From positions 42,472,001 to 42,536,000 of the forward strand of contig OZ076409.1 in the NCBI GenBank assembly GCA_964187785.1: a stretch of 64,000 nt of DNA. Reading direction: 5' to 3'. The notes under the pieces are model-generated. The model did no database searches. It worked only from the letters and a program-made list of their open reading frames with translations, and had not been told where the DNA came from. Below, piece after piece: positions 29,181-42,779 of this stretch; position 1 is the first letter of the stretch, and the number at the start of each line of letters is the position of its first letter. This DNA is from Amphiscolops sp. MND2022 (lineage: Eukaryota). A program made the translations under genes and the position numbers.

Positions 29181-29712
29181 ACAACTACAATTCAATCTGC
29201 AGTGGAGAATTGCTGGTGCTGCTGCTTGTTAGCACAAACTTTCAACCCGGCCTTTTTAAAGGCCACCAAATAACTTTGTTTATTATTTAGTAAAGAGATT
29301 TCAAAGATAGGCTTGGCTTGCCTGCTGGAAAGTGAAAAATTTCTATGTTTTTTATTGCCGTTGAATTGTTGTTTCTAATACTGAGAGTCAGTATCTCTAT
29401 TCAAGGTGGGAAACAACTTTATTTGTGTTCTCTTAACAATTTAAAAGCTCAAATGTTCATTAGGAAGGCAGAAAGAACGGTTAAATTCAAGAAATTCAAA
29501 AATTTCACCTTTTTCAGGTCTTCGTTCCGGTCCGACCCAAATACTGCAATCTGATTGGCTGTTGCAGAAAACGAGCTGAATTCTCTGCAATTTGATTGGC
29601 TGAGCAAGTTTATGCTCTCACAAGCAAACTAGACTTTGAAGATGAAAATTTAGATTAGCTGAGTTATTAGTAGCAAATTTTATACAACTCAAGACAACAA
29701 TACGAAGACGTG

Positions 29713-30074
29713 ATGGCACCCAAAATCAGTGGAAAAGCTGTGAAGAAGGCTGGCAAAGCCCAGAAGAAGCCCACTACTGACAAGAAGAAGAAAAAGAAGA
29801 GGCGAGAAACCTACTCTCTCTACATCTACAAAGTGCTGAAGCAGGTTCACCCCGAGACTGGAATCAGCTCCAAGGCTATGTCAATCATGAACAGCTTCGT
29901 GAACGACATCTTCGAGCGAATTGCCGGTGAAGCCTCCAGACTGGCCCACTACAACAAGCGAGCAACCATCTCTAGCCGCGAGATCCAAACCGCTGTGCGA
30001 TTGCTGTTGCCCGGTGAGCTGGCCAAGCACGCTGTGAGTGAAGGAACCAAGGCTGTCACCAAGTACACAAGCTC
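29713..30074 (+). CDS. H2B: Histone H2B, last codons lost in the assembly gap
   Basis: Identical to the other H2B copies up to AVTKYTS, then N run. Confidence 0.95.
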
Positions 30075-30274
30075 NNNNNNNNNNNNNNNNNNNNNNNNNN
30101 NNNNNNNNNNNNNNNNNNNNNNNNNNNNNNNNNNNNNNNNNNNNNNNNNNNNNNNNNNNNNNNNNNNNNNNNNNNNNNNNNNNNNNNNNNNNNNNNNNNN
30201 NNNNNNNNNNNNNNNNNNNNNNNNNNNNNNNNNNNNNNNNNNNNNNNNNNNNNNNNNNNNNNNNNNNNNNNNNN
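30075..30274. other. Assembly gap (200 N, likely placeholder length)
   Basis: Run of exactly 200 N. Confidence 1.
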
Positions 30275-30476
30275 CCCATCCAAAAGTGCTGAATAAACGC
30301 TCCAAGGAAGCTGTTGACGGCGAACACGATAAAATTGACCAGCAAATACATGTAATTACGTTTTCGAATCTCATTGGCCTGAAATGTTAAAATCGCAAAG
30401 CTTGATTTTATTACGTTGATGTAATCGTTGATGTAATCGTTGATTATAATCACGTGATTATAATTTGCCAACCCTG
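30275..30476 (-). mobile_element. Second copy of the non-autonomous hAT element, inverted, cut by the gap
   Basis: Reverse complement of about 21246-21449 with about 3 differences. TIR TGCCAACCCTG ends at 30476. Confidence 0.85.
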
Positions 30477-30490
30477 GTTGTTAGTTTGGT

Positions 30491-30766
30491 AATTTCTGCA
30501 TCACCATTATCAGTCATTCTATATGGAGGTAAAATATTGTACAACAGAAGGTTTCGTTAGTATTTTTACAATGAAGGTTATTGCGCTTTAAACGTTGTTG
30601 CTGATTTTCTATGTTGATTCAGTGTATTAATACACTGAATCAACATAGAAAATCAGCAACAACGTTTAAAGCGCAATAACCTTCATTGTAAAAATTCTAA
30701 CGAAACCTTCTGTTGTACAGTATTTTACCTCCATATAGAATGACTGATAATGGTGATGCAGAAATT
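30491..30766. repeat. Spacer-less palindrome, 2 x 138 bp
   Basis: Centre GTGTATT|AATACAC at 30628/30629. The arms pair out to 30491/30766 with 2 mismatches seen. Confidence 0.95.
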
Positions 30767-31261
30767 TGGCGGAAAAGTCTAATCTGAGTTTCAACGTGAC
30801 ATAGGGCATATGATTGCTCATTTCGCTGATTCGTCATTCCGCCGTTGAATAAAAAACGAACACCACAGTAGACCAAACATCGAAGGCCGAGTAGATTTTG
30901 TACTATTGGCAGAAACTACTCCATCCACGAATGGAATGGGGACCAGGAACAGTATCTAAAGGAATAGTATCTAAAACGATATGATTGGTCAAAACAGCCT
31001 CATCCATGTCAGTTTGAGTTATCGGATTGGTTTAGATATTATTCCCTTAGATACTATTCCTAACACTCGAATGGAATTGCTTTGTGTACAGAAAATTCGA
31101 CAAAAGTTTATGCCCTATCTTTATACATTGCATTCAAGTTGTTTTCTATGATATGCCCGGTTGAAGAAACGCCATTTTTTATAGCCAAATTTACAATTCA
31201 TTCATTGCAGTGCTGAAGTTTGGTTACAAGTAGAGTAATTACTGTTAAAATTAGTTAGTGA

Positions 31262-31425
31262 TGAACTATGTAATATATTCATATATGGGTTTTTGTTTTA
31301 TTCCATTTGTTGATAGAGCTCCACTTTGGTTTTGTTCCACTAAATGATCACTAATTGTTGTGCGGATTGTCTGCGTTTGCGTTTGGAAGTTTGTGATAAA
31401 TTGATGCAAACAATTGAAACAACTG
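31262..31425 (-). mobile_element. LINE endonuclease fragment (second copy of the family at 31668-34500)
   Basis: Aligns with 32820-32955. Encodes TTISDH (end of the APE domain). Confidence 0.6.
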
Positions 31426-31429
31426 AAAG

Positions 31430-31667
31430 GGAGACATTCAATGCCAAAAAATGCCAAAACAAACCTAATTCTTTGGTCTCTCCCGGTATTGTATGTTACG
31501 CGAAAAAAAAGAAAAAGCCGTTTGGGTTCAGTTTGCTAGGCCAAAGGGTTCAATTTGGGACCGTAAAACTTTGTGGAACTTTCAAGAACTATTTTGGTCA
31601 GTTCGTGCAGACTGAAACAACAAGAGTCACTATAATAGTCGCGTTTCACTTCATGAAGCGCCGACTA
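31430..31667 (-). mobile_element. Family A element, 5' portion
   Basis: Ends GTCACTATAATAGTCGCGTTTCACTTCATGAAGCGCCGACTAA and abuts the LINE RT. Confidence 0.6.
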
Positions 31668-34500
31668 AAAAGGAAAGGCCTCGTGATGAAACTCTGAAGT
31701 ACACCAGTAACAACAGGAAGTTTTTCGGTAATTCTTTCATTATCAAATACATATTTTTATCTATTTGTTAGGTAGTTACCCATGAGGTAAGATATTGGTC
31801 CTCTGAAGTCGTAATAGTACAACTTGTTAGGTAATTGAGAATGACCCTAGGAATCAATAGCTTTTTTGAGATCAAAAAAACAGGTTTGACTTATAAAATT
31901 TTTGCTGATTCCAATACGTATGGAATCTGTTGTTTCACTTTTTGCATGAACACAGGAATGATCTTTCCTAACAAAAGTGAATCATCCGATCGTCAACAGT
32001 TTTTCGAATACCTTACACAGTTAACTCAGTAGACTAATCGGCCGGTAGTTTTCAGGATCAGTCTGTTCACCTTTTTCGAGGAGCGCGATGACCGATGCAA
32101 TATTGAGGCATTCTGGAAAAATTCAAATCTTGAAGCACTCATGGAGTGCTGTAGAGTGATGCTCTTCTACCATTTGTGAGCAGTATATGGGATTTTCATT
32201 GCAAATACCATCAGCTCCAGAATTTTTTTTATTTTCATTTTTGAATCAATGGTGCAATTTATTCGCGACAAGGATCATTCAAAATAATTGTCCTAACAAA
32301 ACACGGGGATCAATAGTATGATGTGGTTTTGGTACTTGATGAAGATTTCAGGACCTATAGAAATGAAAAATTTGTTGTAATCGACATATTCTTTTTCATT
32401 TCTTGTGATTGATTACTTCTTGTTTGGCATTTAAATGTTCTATACACCGTTTTGGTGATTGGATTTTTTTTACAAAATTGTTAAAATTGGCTCCTTTTTG
32501 CGTTTCGTATGACTTAAGTGACTAAATTGGGTTGTTTTCCATGTTTCTTTTTCGAAATCACTGGGGTCCGATACCCATTTGTGGAAAAATTCATCGCGTT
32601 TTGACACAGCTTTTTCACAATTGTAGTAACCCCGTCATTTTCAGTGTTTTGTTACTTCATCAAATTTTTTGGTGCGAAGCGATCAGTAATCGATTGTGCG
32701 ATTTTCTTCGTTTGGATCGTCCTTCCGTTGTAGTCCTGTTTAAGGTTTTGATATAACAGGAAAAGAAACTTCAGTGCATTTTCTCCTTTATTACCACGAA
32801 AATATCTTTCTTCTCGAAAAGCGGGGTTTTTGTTTCATTCCATTAGTTGATAGAGGTCCACTTTGGTTTTATTCCACTAATTGAATACTAATTGTTTTGC
32901 TGATTGTCTGCGATTGTGCTTGGAAGTTCGGATAAATTGATCCAAACAAGTGAATGATGTTTCGATAAGATTTGTTGGCTGAAAATTTTGCTGTTGAAAA
33001 TCAAACGCTCACAGTAATTGTTCATATTCACTTCTGGACTTAGAGTCTACAAGTGTATCAATTTTGAAATCTCCAAATATAACAATATCATGTTTTAGGC
33101 TTCACAAAAAAGACAATAATTCTTTGAGCTGCCTCACAAAGTTTTTGCGCTTCTGGCTGTGAGGTCTATATACGACACAAAGGTACAGTATTTAGTTGTT
33201 ACCGAAATCCACCTCTTTTGTAAGACGTTCTATTTTTGTTTAACTCAAGAGGATGATTCCCTGGAAGAGTTAGTTTGTTAAAGGAGTCATTTTCAGTGAG
33301 TCAAATTTGAGTTACGTCTATGACTCTAGGCTTCTTCGAGCAAGATTCTAGCTCAGCGAGCAAACCATCGTTATGACATCTCAATGATAGAATATTTAGA
33401 CCCAATAAAACATTGTTTTGTTTGTTAATAAACACTGCTGTTAATTGATTCTTGATACAAAACATGAAGTTCTGACAAGAAGACCGAGAGAGACTGAGTT
33501 TATTTGATAGAAATGCGATAGTTGATACTACCAACTTAATTACTAGCACTTATTTTCCAGTGAAACTTTATGTTTTTCACCGAAAAGTATAAACTATTGC
33601 TCTTCTAAGCTACCGTTTCACCATCTGTATCTGGTGTATTTTGGTCATTAGATTGTTTTGTTATTTGTGTCTCTGTATCGTCCACTTCAGATCCAATGCT
33701 GAAAGTTCGTTTTGCCCATTGGCATGTTGCTTCTCACGTTGAACCGCTCGTTGAGCCACGTCTTTTAACATTTGCGAACTTAGATACTGTACTTGATAGC
33801 TGTAACTTAGATACCAATAGACTGTACTTGATTGCTTGGCTTTTTCACAAACACCCGAACATCCGAATTACGAGTTGTAGTGACCAAATCAAGCTCTGAA
33901 GCTTCTTTATGGATGTCTCGATCAACTTTTGGCAAACGCTCTTCAATAAATATGGGCCTTCGGTTCAGAAAATTTGTTGAGCCAGCCAGCAAAGTGTTTC
34001 GGACATACACCTCATTTTTCATATTGAAGTAGACAAATTTGATTATGATAATCGCTGGATAGATACATTATGGTTTCCCCAAGATGACAAGCTTTGAAGT
34101 CTTCAGGGTAATTATATTCAGATAATTAAGCAAAAACTGACACATACCTTCTTCCATCCTATACAATTTTTGCCAATTGGAACGTTGTGAATAGTAAGGG
34201 AAATCTTTTTAATAGAAGGGAATATCGTTCCTGCTTCAGTACACTCTTCTCCAAATCCTCCACTATGTTACTAAGCTGAATAATTTCTTGGTCTTCTTCG
34301 GTAAGCTTTTGGAACATCCTTTTCAAAAGTTTCGATAATTTTCATCATCAATTGTTGAGATCACAGATGGCAAATTTTCACAGTTGATTTCGGTCATTGC
34401 TGATGTTAAGTTTTGGTTGAATCTCGTTGTTGATAAACACCGCCGCTCTGTGCAACATCAATGCTGTGTTTTTGCGAATGAGTTGGACTCAGCTTAATTT
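31668..34500 (-). mobile_element. Decayed CR1/L2-group LINE (ORF1, APE, N-terminal RT)
   Basis: ORF1-like PIFIEERLP. APE motifs LGLNILSLRCH, CVVYRP, IVIFGDF. RT motifs FPECLNIASVIALLEKGEQTDPENYRPISLLS, FFDLKKAIDS, GVLQSFITRPFLF. Many stops. Confidence 0.8.
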
Positions 34501-35684
34501 TTAATGATTGATAAAATTAACAGTTTATACGTGAGCTCAGATTACGATGTGTTATCGGAGACGAGATGAAATGCAGGAAAATGAAGATTTGAAAAAGACA
34601 TTATGTTCAAAATTAAATCAAATTATTATGATGTCCACGAAGTAGAGGTTACAATGCATTGACTGCAAAGACATTGATTACATTGGTTACATTACAAAGA
34701 CATTGATTGAATGGACTTTTTACAAGTTTAGCGGGATGGCTCGCAGGGCTGGCAACCAATCGCAGTCCATCGGCGGACCACAGAGATGGCATCCACAGTT
34801 TTTGCGATGGGCACAAGTAAACCACCCTTGGGGTCAATTGTTTCCACCGGAGGTCAACGGTAGTGGCCGATGATTCCACAGGTAAACAGGGCTTCCAAAT
34901 TTTAGTTGCACGTTTAAAAATCAATTGCTGAATGAACAAACCAATTAGTTGATTGATTTTCAAAATTTTCACCAGTGAGTTATTCAATTAGTTGCAACTA
35001 ATTGGCCGGTTTCGTTTTCCTTTTAAATACCAATCTGTATTTTTTCTTATCGCCTGGTCCCAGAAACGACAATTCATTTTCATGAACATTTGCATCTCCA
35101 GGTTGATAGGAATTTATAGTTTGTCGGTAATCGAAGAAAGCGGAACAAGTGCAACTGAAGATCCTTTTCAATGAATCTCCTCACGTCGGCACTAAGAAAC
35201 TGGGGTCCATATAGAAACTTATGAAAGTTATTTTGTCGAACTATCGCCTTTTGGAACACATCGCCGCGAAATCCACCAATGAATCCTCTGGTGAGTTGTT
35301 GATGCCCTTGCGTGTTGTAGTTATTCGTTGTACTCGTAATGATCCTAGGCTGTGACACTGGTACTTAATCTCGCTTTCGGTCTTCTCAGAAAAATGAAAA
35401 TCCATCCTGACATCTCTCAGAAAATTCTTTGCAATGAATATTTGCACTTATCAAAACAACTGGAGCCCCAAAAATTTGTCTTAATTGCAATCAATGCTTC
35501 TAGTTTAAGTTTCGAAAGCCCCTGTCGGTAAGTCCGGTAGAAAATCTTAATCAAACTCGGGTTGGTGTTGAACCGAATTCTTAAGTCCACCGATTGTAGG
35601 CCTTTTTCTTCCAGAAAACAATGATTTTAGGTCTTATCCGATCGGAAAAACTTGATTTTAGATCTCTTTCAGATCTGGGCCATT

Positions 35685-36633
35685 TTAGTCGGCGCTTTTG
35701 AAGAAAAGTGAACGACTCTTACATTGGGCAGTTTTTTAAGGTCCGCTTTTTTGTACATTTGTTTAAAAACTTGAACTACGGATGTTCAAAACATACTCGA
35801 AACATCAGAACCTCGTCCAAGACAAAAAACAACCAAAACCGACGTCCAGAACCTCGAAAACACACTTGGGATCCCCCTTTATATTGGTGTTTTTCACTGA
35901 ATCGTTTTTCGGCGCATTGAGGCTTTGTTCGAAAATATTTGGAATGCACTAAAGGCCCCCTTCATTTTTTTGATAATAACAGAATGAATGTTAAAAACCC
36001 CAAAGGGTCCCCTCTTTACATTTTTCGGCACAATGACACTGTTCAAAAATCGTATTTTGGATTTTTTTATCGAAATTTTTTTCGAAAATTTTTAGAAATT
36101 TTTCTAATGCCTTCAAGTGGGTCCCCCTTTGAATTATTTTCATATTTTGAAACAAACTGGATTTTCAAAGACCCAAAGGGTCCCCCTTTCACAACTTGCG
36201 GCATTGGGAGATTTTTCAAAATGAATAATTTCGTTTCAAAATTTGGTTTTCTCTGTGAACCAGCACGCTCTAACTGAATTTTGTTTTTTTAAGACGGTCC
36301 GTCTTCTTTCCGGCACTATGCGACTTTTTTCCAATTTGTTATCATCGAAGCCCATTTACTTTCACAACAAACGAAACGTTCTGCGAGCACAGAGGACTCC
36401 TTTGGGTTTTCGGCGCAATGCGACATTTACCGAAAAAATCCAAATTTTTCTCAAAAAAGTTTTATTTCCAGTTGAGGGAAAAGTGGTTTCCGAGTCTTGT
36501 CGAGCATGAAAAGCACCCTTTGGGTGTCTCGGAACTGTTTTCTGAGCGTTCATAAAAACTTTATGGCATTTTAAAAACTTTGCGCTATTTTATCGTTAGA
36601 TATAGCACTGACTATAGACGTTCCCGTCTTGTT
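35685..36633 (+). mobile_element. Helentron/DINE-1-like family A element, complete
   Basis: Begins TTAGTCGGCGC and ends GCACTGACTAT-AGACG TTCC CGTCT-TGTT. Internal AAAGGGTCCCC repeats. Confidence 0.7.
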
Positions 36634-36655
36634 ATCTAGAAATTAGGACAATCTA

Positions 36656-37204
36656 CCCTAGTTGAAACTGCTTAAACTTTTTACAAGTTTTTGTAGGTTA
36701 CCAAGCTAATTTTTCATGAATTTATAAAATTCTCAGGGAGTCTTCCATGCAGTAAAATTTCACTGATTCGATTGAATTTTATCAAGCTGCCTAAAAGATG
36801 CATCCTAAATTTGGCGGCAATTCCGAGACAAGAAGTTTTGAAAGTTTCATTAAGAAGCAATTCTAATTTTGAAAGCAGCTGAGACCTCAATAAATTTACC
36901 GCGATTTCAATGCAAATAAACTTCAGTCACATTATAAGTTTCAAAGTAGCATCATATTCAGCGTGCTATTTGACTAACTGTTATTACATAAGGTACTTAC
37001 TTTGAGAAACTTACGCGTGAAAACAAAGTGATCGCGGCAGTGACGAAGTGGAATTGTTATCAGTTTTAATTGAAATAGTGGAAGCTGCATTGTAATCCTA
37101 CAAAATTTGTCCATGAGTGCTTTCAGTATTTTCTATGTTTATCAAAAATTTAGAATGCATGCATAGATGCAACATGGAAAACTTTCCGGCAGGTTCGACT
37201 AGGG
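36656..37204 (+). mobile_element. MITE family B, complete (549 bp)
   Basis: Imperfect TIRs CCCTAGTTGAAACTGC / GCAGGTTCGACTAGGG, flanked by TA on both sides. Two other copies in the window. Confidence 0.75.
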
Positions 37205-38505
37205 TAACCCAAAACTCAAGAAAAATTATTTAGCGGCTTTAACAACGGCGCTGGCAAAAACCTTCCTTAATGCTCTTAGGGTCATTGAGGTAACCTTCTG
37301 AAACGACAAAGCATAGCTGAAAACCAAACAAACATAAATTTTACAAGCATGTAACTGAAAAAGGACAACTAGCAGAAATTCACACTGTCAAGTTTGTTCG
37401 AATCAAGTGATTTTGCTACTCAATCACGCTTTTAAATAATTTTGAAACAGTTTCCACCGGTGTATTCTGGTGGTCACCGGTAGAAACGGAATAGACTACC
37501 CGATTGTGCCTCTACCGGTCGACACCGGTTTTTGCGGTGGAGAGCTAGTGAGGGTTGCTGGCAGAAAAACAGCCTGGTAAAGTTTTGAAAAGATTGAATT
37601 TAAAAAAACCCACAAAGATTTTGTCTTATTTGCTTGTCCACCCACATGCCAAGAAAAGTTTTTTCTTCACATCCAGAAGATGAACTCACAAGCCGAAGCT
37701 TTTACGTTTTGAAGAGTTTGTCTACTATGTTGAGACATCGCAGAGAACAGTGCCGTACTCACAAGTACCAAAGTTTGAAAACTTAGAGTTCACACTTGTT
37801 CAGGCAATTTCAAGTTAATGTAATGGATAGCTCCCTTGATTCAACGCATACCAGTTAATTTCAAGTACGAATTTATGTTGAAAAAAAAACAGTCAACTAT
37901 CGAGCTGTATTGTAATGGGAAATTTGTCTGAATAAGTAATCAATGCTTTCTGTTTCCAGATATCAATCACTCTAGGCGACTAATTACCAATATCATCTAC
38001 CGGTCATCATTGTAGATGGTGATATAAAGTAGGGGTCAGCCTAGAATACTTCATACAGCAATCCTTTTTTAAGTTGATCCGTTTGTTAGGTTTTACGTCG
38101 TCCAGATTCATTTTTTGAGGTCTTAAATTTTTGCTTCTGTACTGGACTCATGGAAGAATCTGGTTGGTTATTCCCAGCGCTGATGCATATAATCCAGACT
38201 TCTTGTAACAATATCAGAAGTTTCTAAAATGGATTTCTATTCAACCACGTTCCGCTTTTTTCGTTTCTTTCCGTGTTTCCGGTTTGCATTTTTTGAAATT
38301 TGTTTTTTTCCTAGGTCATGTCCCGCCGGCAGAAGACTTTTGCTTCCTGCAGAATTTTTCATATTGCCCCACGTGTTCAGCATATAGAAGTTGTATAACG
38401 ATCCGGTTCGCCATTTTTGGAATAGCGTCTACCATTAATAGCAGACCGAATTTCGTCGACAATTCCTCCTGGGTCCACTCCAGAGGTAAATCGTCGCATT
38501 GTTTG

Positions 38506-38828
38506 TTATTTTCCGACCCCACATTTTCAATGAGGAGGAAATTCATGATCTGTGATGCATTTTTTCCCAATTCTGCTCTTCACTTCATTCACTCTTCTCT
38601 ACCTACACTCTCTCACTCACTTAGTTCTCACTCACGTAGCTTAGAAGGGGAATAATATCTAAAGTCAAAACTGGGATTGAGATCTAAAGTGAATAAGATC
38701 TAAAATCACTAAATTTTAGACCTTATACGTTGAATCCTATCTTATTCCCCCCTCCCAAAATAGCTATGGCTCAGTTGGTGAAGGCGAAGAGGGCGGAAAA
38801 TATCCCGGTACTTAGCGGGCGTCTTGTT
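38506..38828 (+). mobile_element. Helentron/DINE-1-like family C element
   Basis: 5' TT-ATTTTCCGACCC with partial inverted repeat, central CTCA microsatellite, 3' GGGCGGAAAATA plus CCCG..CGGG hairpin and CTTGTT. Inverted copy at 62889-63291. Confidence 0.65.
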
Positions 38829-41779
38829 TTTCTTATCGCGTTGAGATCTTTTCAACTCTCAGTCGTTTGCAGTGGTTAAGTTTCCGAAGTTTAGTACAAA
38901 TTTCTTTATATTGACTGGGCCCCTTCCTGTCTTGTTTTTCTCGGATTGTCAGATTTGACGATTAGGGGATGAAAACCACCACTGATAATCCTATTGAAAC
39001 TTTGAATCTTCAATAGAATATCTCTTCTGTTGTCCAGCGTCGGATGGCACGTGCTGCACTTTTTGGCTATTGCGCTGTCCCGTCTTGCCTGTCGAGCATT
39101 GATTTTTTTCCAGTGAAGAAAATTTAGATTGAAACGGCGGAAAGCAGTTCAGAAGAATCTAACTATCAGAAAAAAGTTTTGGTCAGTATGTTCGGCTCTT
39201 TCGATCGTGTTTTCGCTCATGCGCTGTCTCTCTTGTAATTCAAGTTATTCGGCTCTTTTGAATTGACTATTGACTAAGAAAATTGAATTAATATTAGAGT
39301 TAATTTTAATCAAGAAGGTCGATTCGCGATTCAGCGAACTGTGCGCAAGCGCAAAACACAAGTTCTTGACTTGTCAAATTCCTACCCCCTGCAGCCCTGC
39401 TAGCGACGAATCAGTTCTTTTTGCTCAGTCATGTTTCTTGCCCCGTATCTAGGCTCAACTTGCTTGTTGTTCTCTAACTGGGTTGTGTCTCTTCGTGTAT
39501 TTCAATTGCGCCTCGATTGTGTTTATTGATCGCACGTGTTTCTGGTGGTTACTTCTCAACATTCTATCATATTTGCCGCTTATGTTACTGGGCGTAGACT
39601 GAAGTTTGCATGCTTTTGATACCATGTTTCCCTATTCCGTTTATGGCATAGCGAGCGTCACAAATTATACTTTTTTGAAAATTCTTTGCCGCCAACGACA
39701 AAAAGTTCAACAACTCATCCGGAAATCACTTTCCCTGATAATTCAAGTGGCCCAAGATTGTTTCGAACAATGAGACATTTGCTCAACGATCTTCTTTTAC
39801 ATGGTTGACATGTTCTCTACACGCGGGGGTACTGTTCCGTCGTTACGAGTGCGGTCATCAAGATACTTCTCGCCTGGCCGAAAAGCATCATCACGCAACG
39901 ACACTGACTTACATGTATTAAGATGTAACTTACATTCCACCGGTGACCTTGAAGTTATTTTTATTCATCCAAAGTTGCTACAAGCCAAGTTATAGGGTCT
40001 TAGGGTTGAGGGTTCCCGAGTAACATGATATGCGTATTGTTTGTTTACTTAAGGCAGTTACCACCGGATAGGTGAAAACCGCGATTTCACTCTTTTTGTA
40101 ATTAACTAGTGATCGCTCGTTATTGCGGTTCGCTTGAGGTATTACAAGTCAAGGTCAAATGTCCTTTTTCTGCCGGTTTCGTGCGATCGGTTCCGCGTGC
40201 CTCAACAAACAAAACTCCGTTCGCCATGGGGTGATTTATGTATCTTCAACGTACGTAACTTAGGGTTGGTAGGTGAAGAAATTTGACAAAGTTTTTGATC
40301 CTCGTGTCGAGTGCTGGCGATGTACATACCTTCGGGGTTTGCTCACATAGGGTCTCTGCGCCTTCAACGCGTGTCAAAGGGTTTCTAGAACTTTCGCAAA
40401 CTTTTGATGTCCATTTTTTTACATGCGGCATCTTCTCGTCGAAAAGTAAAAGTTGGTAAAATTCGCCCCACGGGATCAACTTTGACTTAGCTGATTCGAA
40501 CAATTTCTTTGTTGACGTCAATTGAAAGCCATATCAAAGTGGTGAAAAGTATCGTCTTCTAAGTGAACACCAAATCTACCTAGTGAGCATTAACAAAACA
40601 CAATAGACAGCCTTTTCAGCTGTTTTTACTTATCCGACGGTCTAGATAAACATGGTTCCGTCAATCGCCTGGGCTTCGCTCAAAAACAATTGGATTTCTA
40701 GAAAAACGTCAAAATCTAGAGATCTAGAATTACTTTTTTTGATTGTTATGTTGTGAGGTGCAGGGATCTACAATTTTTCATGTGTTTTATTGTAAGGCGG
40801 AATGTTGCCGTCTTTGCAAGATTTGGCTTTCCAGAGAGCAAATAAGTCGTGATTGTTCTCTTGCCATTCTTTTTAGTATCTGTTCGACAATCGCGTTGCT
40901 TTCCTGAGTCCGAAAGTTGTCCCCAAGCTTTTTTGACCGATTGCTTCACTGAGTTTAAAAGTTTTCTTGCCACCAACTGTGGCGGTAGACTTGTGTCTTT
41001 TGGTGACTTCTCGCTGCAATAATTTGAAGTGTATCAATATAAAACTACGGTGAAATAAATCTGTGGCAGCTGATTCGGCCATGAGATGGCGAAATGTTTC
41101 ATAATGTGTTTGTTTGGTGACTCTTCTGTAGTTGCATTTGATTGGCCAAGGCGACCAAAACATTGTCATTTGATTTTGTTTCATATATATGCCTTTTTCC
41201 GTTAGTAGAAGCTCCTTGATCAATTTGTTTGCACGAATTTTAATAAAATCTGCATTCTACGTTCGTTCTATAGTGTCATTTCGTTGGTTTGTCATCAGTT
41301 CTGACTGGACTATTGGCTGGTCGAATGGTGTTATCCACTCAAACTGCGTTTGCTCTCAACAGTCGCTGAATCAGACGATACAATTTATGCAATATTCCAC
41401 TTGATATTCGTACTCCGATTCCAGTTCTTCGACCGGTCAACAGCTGAAAAAATTAGCGAAAACTTCGTGTTCGCCTGCGCAGTTTTCTATTCTTCCATTA
41501 GTGTGAGACTATCAAGCCAACTTTTTTTCAATAGTGGTTGTTGTGGGGCTTGGTGGTCGTTGGTTCTCAATGTCACATTTCCCTTTAAATGAACCCAGGA
41601 GTGCTTTAATCCCTATACAGCTGTTAGGAACCTGACAACCTTAGTGGCGTGTTTACTGTCGGCTTGATTTGAAAATCTGCTGGACAATGCTATTAGCTGT
41701 AGAGATTCGTATTTCTGTTTTCGCCGGAGCATTGCCCCCAGACCGGTTGGACCGGCGTCTGTCGTTATAATTTGTACCG

Positions 41780-42330
41780 GCAAGCGGTGATAGGTCGCTT
41801 AACACATTACTAGAGGTGGAGAATGGGTGTATCGCCCGGGACAGGTGCCCATCACCACAAGTCCATTTTGCCTCCTGGGTCAAATACGTCCCTAAGCCGT
41901 GGGTGGGCCCCGCTTCGTAAAAATATTTGCGAACCGGTCCTGACCTTTCATTGCTAATAGTAACGGGGATCTTGCTGACTCTCTAAAGACCATCGTTTAA
42001 CTAGCATACAAAAATAATCCCGAAAATAAAGGTAATTTCTATTTCCAGGGCGAGCACCAAATAAAGATGTTTAAGCAAAAAACTCATTCTGCGGTTTTCA
42101 GTACTTAAGGTAACTTTATGCTGAAATTAAGACAAATCGGATAATAGCACCTGTGAAAGTCTTTTTAGTGGCTTTCACAGTTTCTGCGTGTCCGTGGACT
42201 GGCTCTCATGCGCTCGGTGTTCTCGCTCTGTCTAATTTCGTTTTTCAAGTACCTGCCAATTGCGCAGAATAAGCGATAAGAGCAATCACATGCCCAATGC
42301 CACGTCAAACGTCGGATTAAATTTTTAAAA
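41780..42330 (+). mobile_element. LTR-family fragment with adjacent internal sequence
   Basis: ATCACATGCCCAATGCCACGTC is the reverse complement of the shared LTR motif. 41820-41895 matches 17487-17560 inverted. Confidence 0.5.
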
Positions 42331-42779
42331 CCAAATGTTTGTAAAAAGCTTCAATCATCGCATCATTGACTCTATAGTAGAGTGTAACCTTACAATTGTT
42401 CTTCCAAATGGAAAGAATGGGCAAATCTGATTTTTGCTCTTTTGATAAAATTCGTCTGAATTTTTTTTGTTGATAGTTTTTACCCTGGATTTTTATCATG
42501 ACATCTAAGCTAGCTTTTTGGAATATAGCGCCTTTCCGATTTGCTGCTGGAAGAAGGAATGTTCTCTAGGCAAACAACCAGTTTTCCTGCTTATTAGTAA
42601 AAAGTAAAAACGTGTAAGATTGTTTCAGTGACAAGTTTCTTCTCCAGTCACCCTTGAACGTCCACTTGTTTAAATTTCTTCAATTTCACTAAGTAAAGCC
42701 GGTTGGAAAATAGCGATATTCTAGTATTAAACACGAGTGAGTTCATCTCTTGAAGGTTGCGAGTGTAAGCTATACCAAA

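Noticed and set aside
29710..30471. Long ORFs spanning the N run, including an apparent H2B fusion
   Set aside because: Artefacts of translating through the gap.
34650..35620. Cys-rich minus-strand ORF scraps (CAHRKNCGCHLC)
   Set aside because: Interrupted by stops with no family recognised.
38760..38790. TGGCTCAGTTGG A-box as a tRNA gene
   Set aside because: No B box or cloverleaf. It lies inside the family C element.
39300..41780. Possible second gag-protease remnant on the minus strand
   Set aside because: Only faint motif resemblance across many frameshifts, so not supportable.
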